Below, one piece after another: positions 57,136 to 64,000 of a DNA stretch of 64,000 nucleotides. The notes under the pieces were generated by a model. That model saw only the letters and a program-made list of their open reading frames with translations, was not told where the DNA came from and ran no database searches. The first letter of the stretch is position 1. Each line of letters starts with the position of its first letter. The position numbers and the translations under genes were made by a program. The stretch is from an uncultured Candidatus Saccharibacteria bacterium (GTDB taxonomy: Bacteria > Patescibacteriota > Minisyncoccia > Phycocordibacterales > 2-02-FULL-43-11): positions 2,238 through 66,237 of the forward strand of contig CAYGDO010000002.1 of assembly GCA_964348785.1 (NCBI GenBank), written 5' to 3'.

Positions 57136-57259
57136 TCCCGTTAGAAGTAGGGCACAGACAGGATGTTTACATTTCATAACTTTTGAGTATTTGATAATCT
57201 TTAACAATGTTTCTTAATCTAGATTTAGTATCTGTAGCTTCTAATGGGATAAATCCTGA
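57136..57259. repeat. MITE-like palindromic repeat, copy D, TIRs TCCCGTTAGAAG / CTTCTAATGGGA
   Basis: Left arm cccgttagaagtagggcacagacagga parallels copy C cccgttagaggcaggacacggacagaa; interior ctttaacaatgtttcttaatct parallels copy C. Confidence 0.55.
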
Positions 57260-57442
57260 AAAAATTTAGACCGAAAGTGAAACGCTCTACGTTTTCCACT
57301 TCATGTATTACAAATGGACGCCATCTGCAATGCATCTGCAAATATATGTTGGTTTTTATTACACTTCACGTTGTACAATACACGCTTTGCGTCTAAAAAT
57401 TTGCGATTTAACCCGCCTATATGAGATAATTCACTCCACGTT

Positions 57443-58705
57443 ATGGACAACTTCGTAAAAAAACATTTAATACTAACCCTAATCGGATTAATCCTACTTA
57501 GTGGCTCTTTTTGGTCTGGAATGGAATATGGAAAAAATCTTAAACCAGATATAGAAAAAATTTCATCAATCATAAACAAAGAAACAGACAAACCGGCAGA
57601 TGTTGATTTTTCCCCGTTCTGGAAAACTTGGAAAACTTTAGATGAAAAATTTGTCGGAAAGGGAACTACGACTGTATCTAGCCAGGACAAAGTTTGGGGA
57701 GCCATCTCAGGTCTAGCATCTTCCATGGGGGATCCTTTCACCACTTTTATGCCTCCAGAAGAGAACAAATTTTTTGAAAGCGAAATATCAGGTAGTTTTG
57801 AGGGAGTCGGTATGGAAATCAGCAACAAAGATGGTGAACTCTCTGTCATAGCACCCTTAAAAGGCACCCCGGCATATAGAGCGGGTATACAGCCTGGAGA
57901 TAAAATTTTAAAGATAAACGATACCCCTTCTATCTTAATGAAAAGTGAGCAAGCAATAAAAATTATAAGGGGACCAAAAGGTACCACCGTTAAATTTTTA
58001 ATTGAAAGAAAGGGCAAAGAACCTTTTGAAATAAAAGTGGTAAGAGACAAAATACAAATCCCAACAATTGATACCGAGTTTCGCCAGTTAGCAAGCAACG
58101 ACAATTCTGGAAGTGGTTTGAGAGATGACGGCATCTTTGTTATCCGTCTCTATAATTTTTCTGCAATTTCACCAATGCTTTTCCAAAATGCCCTAAGAGA
58201 ATTTGTAGAATCTGGTTCACATAAACTATTACTTGATTTAAGAGGTAACCCTGGAGGATATCTTGAAGCTTCCGTTGATATGGCAAGTTGGTTTTTGCCT
58301 GCCGGTAAAATAATAGTAAGAGAAAATTATGGTACAAAAAGAGAAGAATCGTCCCATAGAAGTAGAGGGTACAATGTTTTCAAAAATTACAATCTAAAAA
58401 TGACAATTTTAGTCAACGGCGGTTCTGCCTCTGCCTCAGAAATTTTAGCTGGAGCACTTCAAGAATATAAAGTAGCGACATTGGTTGGAACAAAGACTTT
58501 TGGCAAAGGATCTGTTCAAGAATTGGTAAAAATAACCCCCGAAACATCTTTAAAAGTTACGATAGCCAAATGGCTGACTCCAATGGGTAAATCAATATCT
58601 GAAGAAGGATTAACTCCAGATTATATAGTAGAAAATACTGAAAAAGATGCAAAAGCCAACAAAGATACACAATTCAACAAAGCAATAGAAATCTTAAATA
58701 AATAG
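57443..58705 (+). CDS. ctpA: Carboxy-terminal processing protease (S41 family) with PDZ domain
   Basis: PDZ (GIQPGDKILKIND), LLDLRGNPGGYL, GGSASASEILAGAL (Ser nucleophile), TKTFGKGSVQ (Lys). Confidence 0.85.
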   Translation: MDNFVKKHLILTLIGLILLSGSFWSGMEYGKNLKPDIEKISSIINKETDKPADVDFSPFWKTWKTLDEKFVGKGTTTVSSQDKVWGAISGLASSMGDPFTTFMPPEENKFFESEISGSFEGVGMEISNKDGELSVIAPLKGTPAYRAGIQPGDKILKINDTPSILMKSEQAIKIIRGPKGTTVKFLIERKGKEPFEIKVVRDKIQIPTIDTEFRQLASNDNSGSGLRDDGIFVIRLYNFSAISPMLFQNALREFVESGSHKLLLDLRGNPGGYLEASVDMASWFLPAGKIIVRENYGTKREESSHRSRGYNVFKNYNLKMTILVNGGSASASEILAGALQEYKVATLVGTKTFGKGSVQELVKITPETSLKVTIAKWLTPMGKSISEEGLTPDYIVENTEKDAKANKDTQFNKAIEILNK

Positions 58706-58789
58706 CACTAAAACCTTCAAAAGATTCAACTTTATATCGAGCACTTAGAATATTGACTTAAAACCTATTTCAGTTTATAGTTCTGAAAG

Positions 58790-58960
58790 ATTTCAGTTTG
58801 GGCGTCTGTGTAGGAGTTCCCGACGCCGGGGAGGATGGTTACACCACGGGTGGGGTAATTTAACCTCCAGTCCTTGAATCGCCTTTGGGCGGTGACACGG
58901 ACACGAGCTCCGGGGGGTTGTTTAGAATGGTATGCCTGAGCCATTCTGCAACCCCCCTCA
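58790..58960 (+). ncRNA. GC-rich ~170-nt candidate small RNA ending in strong intrinsic terminator
   Basis: GC-rich segment between ctpA and rplI; nested hairpin ggggggttg-tttagaatggtatgcctgagccattctg-caacccccc followed by TCATTTTTTA. Confidence 0.25.
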
Positions 58961-59047
58961 TTTTTTATTACAATATTTAATATTGCCTAAAAGGATATAA
59001 TCGGTTAAACTTCACCCCACATTAGTTTTATGTAATATAGTGAAAAT

Positions 59048-59557
59048 ATGAAAGTTATACTATTGAAAGACGTAGCAAAAATGGGAAAGAGAAATGACAT
59101 AAAAAACGTGTCTGACGGACATGCTTTAAACTTATTGATACCTAAAGGTTTAGTTGAAATAGCTACACCAAAATCATTGAAAAGAGTTGAAGTTGTAAAA
59201 CAGAGAGAAACTGAAGAAAAGAAAATAAAAACTGATTTGTTGCTAAAGAATTTCGGCGATCTAAAAGGTGTAATTGTTGAAATTGCAAAACCGGCCAATG
59301 AACAAGGTCATTTGTTCGCTCAAATACATAAAGATGAAATAATATCAGCAGTAAAAGAACAGACTAGATTAGACATAGAATCCGAATATCTATTGACTAA
59401 AGATAACGAACCAGTAAAAACAATCGGGGAGCATGAGATAGAGGTAAAAATAGAAGATAGAGCTGTAAAGTTTACATTATCCGTCAAAAGCACAGGAGAA
59501 GCTCATAAATCCGAAACTAAAGAAAAGACTTCTAAACCTAAAGCAAAAAAGAAATAA
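59048..59557 (+). CDS. rplI: 50S ribosomal protein L9
   Basis: MKVILLKDVAKMGKRNDIKNVSDGHALNLLIPKGLV N-domain. Confidence 0.9.
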   Translation: MKVILLKDVAKMGKRNDIKNVSDGHALNLLIPKGLVEIATPKSLKRVEVVKQRETEEKKIKTDLLLKNFGDLKGVIVEIAKPANEQGHLFAQIHKDEIISAVKEQTRLDIESEYLLTKDNEPVKTIGEHEIEVKIEDRAVKFTLSVKSTGEAHKSETKEKTSKPKAKKK

Positions 59558-59564
59558 CTAATCA

Positions 59565-59598
59565 AACAAAAAACCACCAGAAGGTGGTTTTTTGTTTG
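59565..59598. terminator. Bidirectional terminator between rplI and rpmA
   Basis: caaaaaaccacc-agaa-ggtggttttttg. Confidence 0.6.
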
Positions 59599-59618
59599 AA
59601 CTAAAACTTAAAATTTAA

Positions 59619-59891
59619 TTATTTAACAGAAACAACTTTTCTCATTACTGTTCTGCCATCATATTTAATCTTCTTTTTGTTCTTAAATTCTACAACACCC
59701 TCTTTCATAGCAAAGATACTGTCATCTCTACCTCTTTTGGTGTTTAGACCAGCCATAAATTTTGTACCTCTTTGTTTAACAATGATACTGCCAATTTTGG
59801 CTTTCTGACCACCTGAAAGCTTGACCCCAAGATATTGTGGATTTGATGTCGTTAGGTTTTTCGCTGTACCGCCCGCTTTTCTATGTGCCAT
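59619..59891 (-). CDS. rpmA: 50S ribosomal protein L27
   Basis: MAHRKAGGTAKN...LGVKLSGGQ...GSIIVKQRGTKF collinear with L27. Confidence 0.9.
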   Translation of the reverse strand: MAHRKAGGTAKNLTTSNPQYLGVKLSGGQKAKIGSIIVKQRGTKFMAGLNTKRGRDDSIFAMKEGVVEFKNKKKIKYDGRTVMRKVVSVK

Positions 59892-59946
59892 TTTAAAAAA
59901 TTGGCTACAACCACGATTTAAAGATAAAGTAACAAACCCCTAAACT

Positions 59947-60405
59947 GTGGCCAAACGCCTAATTACTGTTATAATTTTTAACATGCAAATTGTAAAAGAA
60001 ATCTGGAAAAAATGCAAATCCAAAGAGGTAATGCTCGTTATTACAATAGTCATGTTCGGTTCTCTGTCTTTTGGGCTAGGAAGATTGTCAAAGACATACG
60101 AAAACAAACCGCAAGTGAGCATCATAACCCCTAAAAATATGGTTGAAAAAATAACTGTTGAAAAAATAGCTCTAAGTGGCGATAAATTGGTGGCTAACCC
60201 AATATCAGCAACTAAAAATAATATCAAAGAAGAGGAGAGCAAAGAGGGTATAGTTGTGGCCTCAAAAACAGGCAAAAAATATCATTTGCCGTGGTGTTCG
60301 GGAGCAAAAACAATTTCAGACAATAATAAAATATGGTTTAATTCAATAGACGAAGCCAAAAAAGCGGGTTATACTCCAGCTCTAAATTGTAAGGGGCTGA
60401 AATAA
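59947..60405 (+). CDS. Membrane-anchored protein with C-terminal Cys/His motif (KYHLPWCSG...EAKKAGYTPALNCKG)
   Basis: TM near N-terminus; conserved-looking H-x3-C ... Y-x5-C-x-G tail; family not assigned. Confidence 0.4.
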   Translation: MAKRLITVIIFNMQIVKEIWKKCKSKEVMLVITIVMFGSLSFGLGRLSKTYENKPQVSIITPKNMVEKITVEKIALSGDKLVANPISATKNNIKEEESKEGIVVASKTGKKYHLPWCSGAKTISDNNKIWFNSIDEAKKAGYTPALNCKGLK

Positions 60406-60457
60406 TAATTTGCTTATTAAATTTTTTATTTTTGATATTTAATTTTTAATTTAAATC

Positions 60458-60766
60458 ATGAACACAATTTTAAAAATCGGCGGTTTTATATTAATAGCCA
60501 TAGGATCTATAGGTCTTTTTTTACCTTTTATCCAGGGATTATTTCTTATAGCCGTTGGAGTGTACTTTATCTCAAGAGTTGATAAGGAATTTGAACAAAG
60601 TGTTATCAAATTTATAGAAAAAGGTAAAAATAAATTTCCAAGATATAAAAAATATTTTGAATCGATAGAAAGAATCTATATTAAATTAGTTAAATGGGGT
60701 AAAAAAGAAAAGGGAAGTGAACAAGAAGAAAAAACCGAAACTCAGCAAGAAAACAAAGAACTGTAA
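60458..60766 (+). CDS. DUF454 (YbaN-like) small membrane protein
   Basis: IGGFILIAIGSIGLFLPFIQGLFLIAVGVYFISRVDKEF matches YbaN pattern G..G..LP..P...F.LLA...F.R.S. Confidence 0.55.
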   Translation: MNTILKIGGFILIAIGSIGLFLPFIQGLFLIAVGVYFISRVDKEFEQSVIKFIEKGKNKFPRYKKYFESIERIYIKLVKWGKKEKGSEQEEKTETQQENKEL

Positions 60767-60772
60767 TTCCAG

Positions 60773-60846
60773 GCATCCTTAGCTCAGTTGGTTAGAGCGT
60801 GCGATTCACATTCGCAAGGTCGGAGGTTCGAATCCTCCAGGGTGCA
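60773..60846 (+). tRNA. tRNA-Val (anticodon CAC)
   Basis: GCATCCT-TA-GCTC-AGTTGGTTA-GAGC-G-TGCGA-TTCACAT-TCGCA-AGGTC-GGAGG-TTCGAAT-CCTCC-AGGGTGC-A cloverleaf. Confidence 0.85.
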
Positions 60847-61150
60847 CTAGCAACCTAACAAGCAATCTGCATTGCTTGTGTGGAGGATTCGAAAAGGTTC
60901 TCCCATATCGAGTCCGCGAGATGGGAAACCTGTACTGACCCTGTAAGGGTCGATCCCTACAGGATGCATCAGACTGAACAAGCAAACGATTTTGCTTGTG
61001 TTAGGGATCGAAGACCTTTTGAGCCTAAAATTGATTTTAAGAAAATTTTAGCCAAAAGGTGTACTGAAACTGTAAGTTTCGATATCCCTCCATTCCATGG
61101 TGCACCAGACTGAGCAAGCAAACGTCCGCCAGCTGGCGGATTGATTGCTT
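60847..61150. repeat. tRNA-Val-downstream repeat array (hairpins NcaagcaaN..ttgcttgNg, T-arm-like fragments, repeated cagactga(a/g)caagcaaacg)
   Basis: Three related hairpin units; segment ggattcgaaaaggttctcccatatcgagtccgcgagatgggaaac is homologous to the element inserted in tRNA-Pro (63641-63753). Confidence 0.45.
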
Positions 61151-61192
61151 TAAATATCTTTTATACAATAGCAACATAATTTAAATAAAAAT

Positions 61193-61552
61193 ATGTTCAA
61201 AAAATTAACAGAATTTTCATACAAAAGAAACTGGAAAGAAGCGGTTGGATTTTATCTATCATATTTACTTATGGGCCTCATTTTAGGTTTTATTGCTGGT
61301 GCATTATTTGGAATAATCATGCCTAATAGAAATTTAAGCGAGGGTCTAAAAATTGGAGTGATCGTTGGCGCAATATATACTTTAATAATTTCTTCTATCG
61401 TATTAGTACAAAGAAAACTGTACAAAAATTTCGGATGGATCATCTTAACTTTGTTAAGCGTCATCTTAACAATTTTTGGTGGTGCGATACTTGGATTAAT
61501 AATACCAGCTTTTATGACCACCAGAGGAATCGGAACAGAAAGTTTGAAATAG
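61193..61552 (+). CDS. Small multi-TM membrane protein
   Basis: Three hydrophobic helices; no family assigned. Confidence 0.4.
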   Translation: MFKKLTEFSYKRNWKEAVGFYLSYLLMGLILGFIAGALFGIIMPNRNLSEGLKIGVIVGAIYTLIISSIVLVQRKLYKNFGWIILTLLSVILTIFGGAILGLIIPAFMTTRGIGTESLK

Positions 61553-61574
61553 TGGCTAATTATTTCCGTTTTCA

Positions 61575-61622
61575 ACTATATATAAATCATTGACTAAAAT
61601 GCTTTTTTGTGATATCATTAAA
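61575..61622 (+). promoter_or_regulatory. 48-bp direct repeat copy 1 carrying sigma70-like promoter (TTGACT-17-TGaTATCAT)
   Basis: ctatatataaatcattgactaaaatgcttttttgtgatatcattaaaa; 47/48 identical to copy at 62068. Confidence 0.5.
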
Positions 61623-61723
61623 AAAGAATCCCTACTCGTATGGGTAGGTGGCTCACCAGGAGCAACGGGGCAATATTTCCCGCCTCGCACAAGGGAAATG
61701 GAAATGCAAATTGAACAGGTCGT

Positions 61724-61984
61724 ATGACCAACACACAGCAGTACCGGATCGTCGGAGGGCCGTCTCGTGAGGAACTTTTCGACGCCCTACGTCTTCGGCA
61801 TGAAGGAAGAAAGGTTTCCTTCAACGGACAGCCCACACGGACGTTTGAAGTGTCCGTAGACAACATTGGCGTCGAAGACGGAAGTGGGCACAGATGGTTG
61901 CTGTGCCTCTCAAACCCGTCAGGCTTTTTCGAAGGGTACTTCGATACCGCCAAACGGGAAGGGGTTCTGAGGCCGAAGAACTAG
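61724..61984 (+). CDS. GC-rich small protein (86 aa) in cassette 1
   Basis: Downstream of promoter repeat with ~95-nt structured leader; plausible globular sequence QYRIVGGPSREELFDALRLRHEGRKVSF...; followed by hairpin + T-run. Confidence 0.4.
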   Translation: MTNTQQYRIVGGPSREELFDALRLRHEGRKVSFNGQPTRTFEVSVDNIGVEDGSGHRWLLCLSNPSGFFEGYFDTAKREGVLRPKN

Positions 61985-62067
61985 ACATTCCACCGGCAAC
62001 ACGGGGCGCTTCACTCTCACGAGTGGTGCGTCCTTTTTCTTTTCTGTTTTATTTTATGATTTTTTAC

Positions 62068-62115
62068 TATATATAAATCATTGACTAAAATCCTTTTTTG
62101 TGATATCATTAAAAC
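62068..62115 (+). promoter_or_regulatory. 48-bp direct repeat copy 2 carrying the same promoter
   Basis: ctatatataaatcattgactaaaatccttttttgtgatatcattaaaa; followed by ~95-nt leader with 10-bp stem ttgcctgtag...ctacaggcaa. Confidence 0.5.
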
Positions 62116-62211
62116 TGGTTAGTTTTTTGTCATTTTGCCTGTAGAAATGGCACCCTTATACAAGGCAAAAGGGGTGTCAAACTACAGGCAAACATCAAAT
62201 CTATATCGGCA

Positions 62212-62766
62212 ATGAAAAATACGCTGGCATTGGTAATGGCAGTATTAGTCTGGACGTCTTCGTCCTTCGGGCAAGTTTTTGAACTCAAGCTCGAAGATAG
62301 TCAGGGAGGATTGTACACTCTCAATGATACAATCTCAAGGATGGAAATCGTCCCCGGAACCCCGCCCAACGAACTTCAATTTATCACGATGGGAACGCTC
62401 CAGTTGAAATTCTCATCAGCCTTTTCCGGACCGACCCTTCAAAAAGACGTAATGTACGAAGGCGTGCTCTCTGGAGGAGACCCGGGGTGGTGGACGCCAT
62501 ACATACAGTTAAATGAGCCGTGGGACTTCATGGTCTCAAAATTTGCGGGTCAACCCGTAACATTCTGGTTCGACGAATTGTCCCTCGACGACGTGCATAC
62601 GTCGATCGTGGTGGCTGAATTTTTTGCAATAAAATCAGAGACCGAGTGGCTACGCGGGAACCTCCAATACGGCGTCAGTGCCGTCCCCGAACCCGAAACC
62701 TATGCACTCGGAGTCGGGATCGGCCTCATCGCCTTCGGCGTCGTGCGACGCCGTTTCAAGAAGTAG
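62212..62766 (+). CDS. GC-rich secreted protein with PEP-CTERM sorting signal
   Basis: Signal peptide MKNTLALVMAVLVWTSSSFGQ; C-terminus VPEPETYALGVGIGLIAFGVVRRRFKK = PEP motif + TM helix + Arg cluster. Confidence 0.6.
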   Translation: MKNTLALVMAVLVWTSSSFGQVFELKLEDSQGGLYTLNDTISRMEIVPGTPPNELQFITMGTLQLKFSSAFSGPTLQKDVMYEGVLSGGDPGWWTPYIQLNEPWDFMVSKFAGQPVTFWFDELSLDDVHTSIVVAEFFAIKSETEWLRGNLQYGVSAVPEPETYALGVGIGLIAFGVVRRRFKK

Positions 62767-62862
62767 ACGGTATTGTACGTCATTCGCACACGACGTACGC
62801 AGGGGGAAGGATTCACATCCGACCCCTTTTTTATTTTCAAACAATAGACTAAAATCATAAAA

Positions 62863-63540
62863 ATGCTTGCTAAGATAAAAAATAATATTTTCCCCATTAT
62901 CTATTTACTGTGGTTAATTTTTACCGTTCTTATTACCTTCAGTGTTAGCAAATTGAGTAATGACAACATTACCCATATAGTAATACTGATTATTCTGGTC
63001 TTATCTCTTTTTGCCTTTAAATTATTTAAACCTAAAAATCCTAAACGATTTTTTATCATTTCCTCTGTCATCTTGGCAACATTGTGCGAAGGGGCATATA
63101 TGATCAGCAAACCGGTACGCGAATCCCTTATAATCACAAAAAATTCAACTTTCATTGAATTTATACAAAATTATGCAATTGATTTGACCTTTACTGTACC
63201 AGCATATATTTTAATCTTTTTTGTCATTTGGAAACTTATTAATAAATATAACTACTCAACTTTTGAATACATTTTCTTGATGGCATTTGGACAAGCACTT
63301 GGGGATGGAAACGCATTTTTCTTTGCCAATCCTTTTATGTTGGTATTTATCCCATACATAATGCTAAATTATCACGCAATGAATATATTTCCTTATTTAA
63401 AAATCAGAGACTTTCTTAAAGATATTCCAAAAAGTAACTCCAAATGGAAATACCCGGTAACTGTTCTTTCATTGTTCGTAACTTACATTTTTGCTGGAGG
63501 TATAATACACATTGTCGCCAAAACTATCGGTTTGGAATAG
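62863..63540 (+). CDS. Polytopic membrane protein, hypothetical
   Basis: 6 predicted TM segments; no family assigned. Confidence 0.45.
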   Translation: MLAKIKNNIFPIIYLLWLIFTVLITFSVSKLSNDNITHIVILIILVLSLFAFKLFKPKNPKRFFIISSVILATLCEGAYMISKPVRESLIITKNSTFIEFIQNYAIDLTFTVPAYILIFFVIWKLINKYNYSTFEYIFLMAFGQALGDGNAFFFANPFMLVFIPYIMLNYHAMNIFPYLKIRDFLKDIPKSNSKWKYPVTVLSLFVTYIFAGGIIHIVAKTIGLE

Positions 63541-63568
63541 AATAAAAACTTCTAATATTGATAAATAA

Positions 63569-63639
63569 CGGGGCGTAATATAGTGGTCGTATACACCCTT
63601 CGGGAGGGTGAGGCCCGAGTTCGATTCTCGGCGCCCCGA
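63569..63639 (+). tRNA. tRNA-Pro (anticodon CGG)
   Basis: CGGGGCG-TA-ATAT-AGTGGTC-GTAT-A-CACCC-TTCGGGA-GGGTG-AGGC-CCGAG-TTCGATT-CTCGG-CGCCCCG-A cloverleaf, U33, G37. Confidence 0.8.
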
Positions 63640-63640
63640 A

Positions 63641-63773
63641 TGAACGAAGTGAGTGAAGAGGGCGAGCGAGCAAACTGCTTTGCTCGCGTCCAGAATCGAA
63701 AGGTTTTTCCTTATCGAGTCTGCGAGATGGAAAAACATCTGGCTACGTGGTAGCCGATTCTCGGCGCCCCGAA
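63641..63773 (+). repeat. 113-bp element inserted after tRNA-Pro plus 19-bp direct duplication of tRNA-Pro 3' end (CGATTCTCGGCGCCCCGAA at 63622-63640 and 63755-63773)
   Basis: Perfect 19-bp direct repeat; intervening sequence homologous to tRNA-Val-downstream repeats (hairpin gagcgagcaaa-ctgc-tttgctcgc; ...gaatcgaaaggtttttccttatcgagtctgcgagatggaaaaac). Confidence 0.55.
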
Positions 63774-63792
63774 TAAAAGGTATAATTAAAAA

Positions 63793-64000
63793 ATGATAAT
63801 AGTAGATGTGGAATCATCAGGAATAGACTCGGGAAAATGTTCACTTCTTTCAGTTGGTGCAATTGATTTTGACACACCAGGAAGACAATTTTATGAAGAA
63901 TGCAGAGTGTTTGATGGAGCTCATATAGAAAAGGAGGCTCTAAATGTAAATGGATTTACAGAGGAACAGGCAACCGACAAAAATAGACAAAGCGACAAAG
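63793..64000 (+). CDS. DEDD-family 3'-5' exonuclease (DnaQ-like), 3'-truncated by window end
   Basis: IIVDVESSGID = Exo I motif D-x-E-(T/S)-(T/S)-G. Confidence 0.55.
   Translation, partial: MIIVDVESSGIDSGKCSLLSVGAIDFDTPGRQFYEECRVFDGAHIEKEALNVNGFTEEQATDKNRQSDK

Noticed and set aside
60847-61150. Possible tmRNA (ssrA) because of tRNA-like fragments and a ...GGTGCACCA string
   Set aside because: No tRNA-like 5' acceptor half (GGGG…). No plausible tag-peptide reading frame ending in AA-stop. The fragments instead match a repeat family also found inserted in tRNA-Pro.
61618-61953. Minus-strand ORF (111 aa) in GC-rich cassette 1
   Set aside because: It is antisense to the promoter-repeat orientation and its translation is Pro/Ser/Arg-rich noise typical of GC-rich DNA. 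The plus-strand 86-aa ORF was preferred.
1-64000. rRNA genes
   Set aside because: No 16S/23S/5S-like conserved stretches were seen anywhere in the window.

Overview
This 64 kb window comes from a low-GC (about 33%), gene-dense bacterial chromosome. The gene content looks most like a reduced-genome Patescibacteria/CPR-type organism, but that is an inference from gene content only. It has two MreB paralogs, mreC/mreD, PBP2, mraZ-rsmH-ftsL-ftsI-murF, type IV pilin/pseudopilins, and many large secreted repeat proteins. The main content is housekeeping genes (gdh, def-fmt-priA, murA, mreB, holB-like, frr, rseP, proS, greA, lysS, glnA-like, recR, dnaB, cysS, rplU, rplI, rpmA, ctpA) plus three tRNAs (Glu-UUC, Val-CAC, Pro-CGG). 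Five things stand out:

1. The first 4 kb is a compact defence locus. A MazG-like NTP pyrophosphatase, an EVE(PUA-like)–PD-(D/E)xK nuclease fusion and a second PD-(D/E)xK nuclease are translationally coupled. They lie convergent to a full-length LexA repressor (HTH plus S24 autopeptidase, Ala-Gly cleavage site intact) fused in-frame to a complete Dcm-type C5-cytosine methyltransferase.

2. A 110–124 bp MITE-like repeat family with terminal inverted repeats CCCGTTAGA(A/G)G is present in four intergenic copies.

3. tRNA-associated repeat arrays. About 1.6 kb next to tRNA-Glu holds at least 7 copies of the tRNA-Glu 3' end in both orientations, with covarying hairpins. A 113 bp element is inserted into the 3' end of tRNA-Pro with a 19 bp target duplication, and a homologous repeat array follows tRNA-Val.

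4. At least eight short GC-rich islets, each carrying one small gene, sit in the AT-rich backbone. They include a PEP-CTERM protein and a second cassette, each preceded by the same 48 bp promoter-bearing direct repeat. They also include a protein with a beta-barrel-like C-terminus and a GlcG-like protein.

5. The PriA homolog has lost its Walker A motif and DEXH box, and the CorA homolog lacks the GMN motif.

No CRISPR array, rRNA or integrase is present. All functional calls rest on motif-level reading of the translations, not on database searches.
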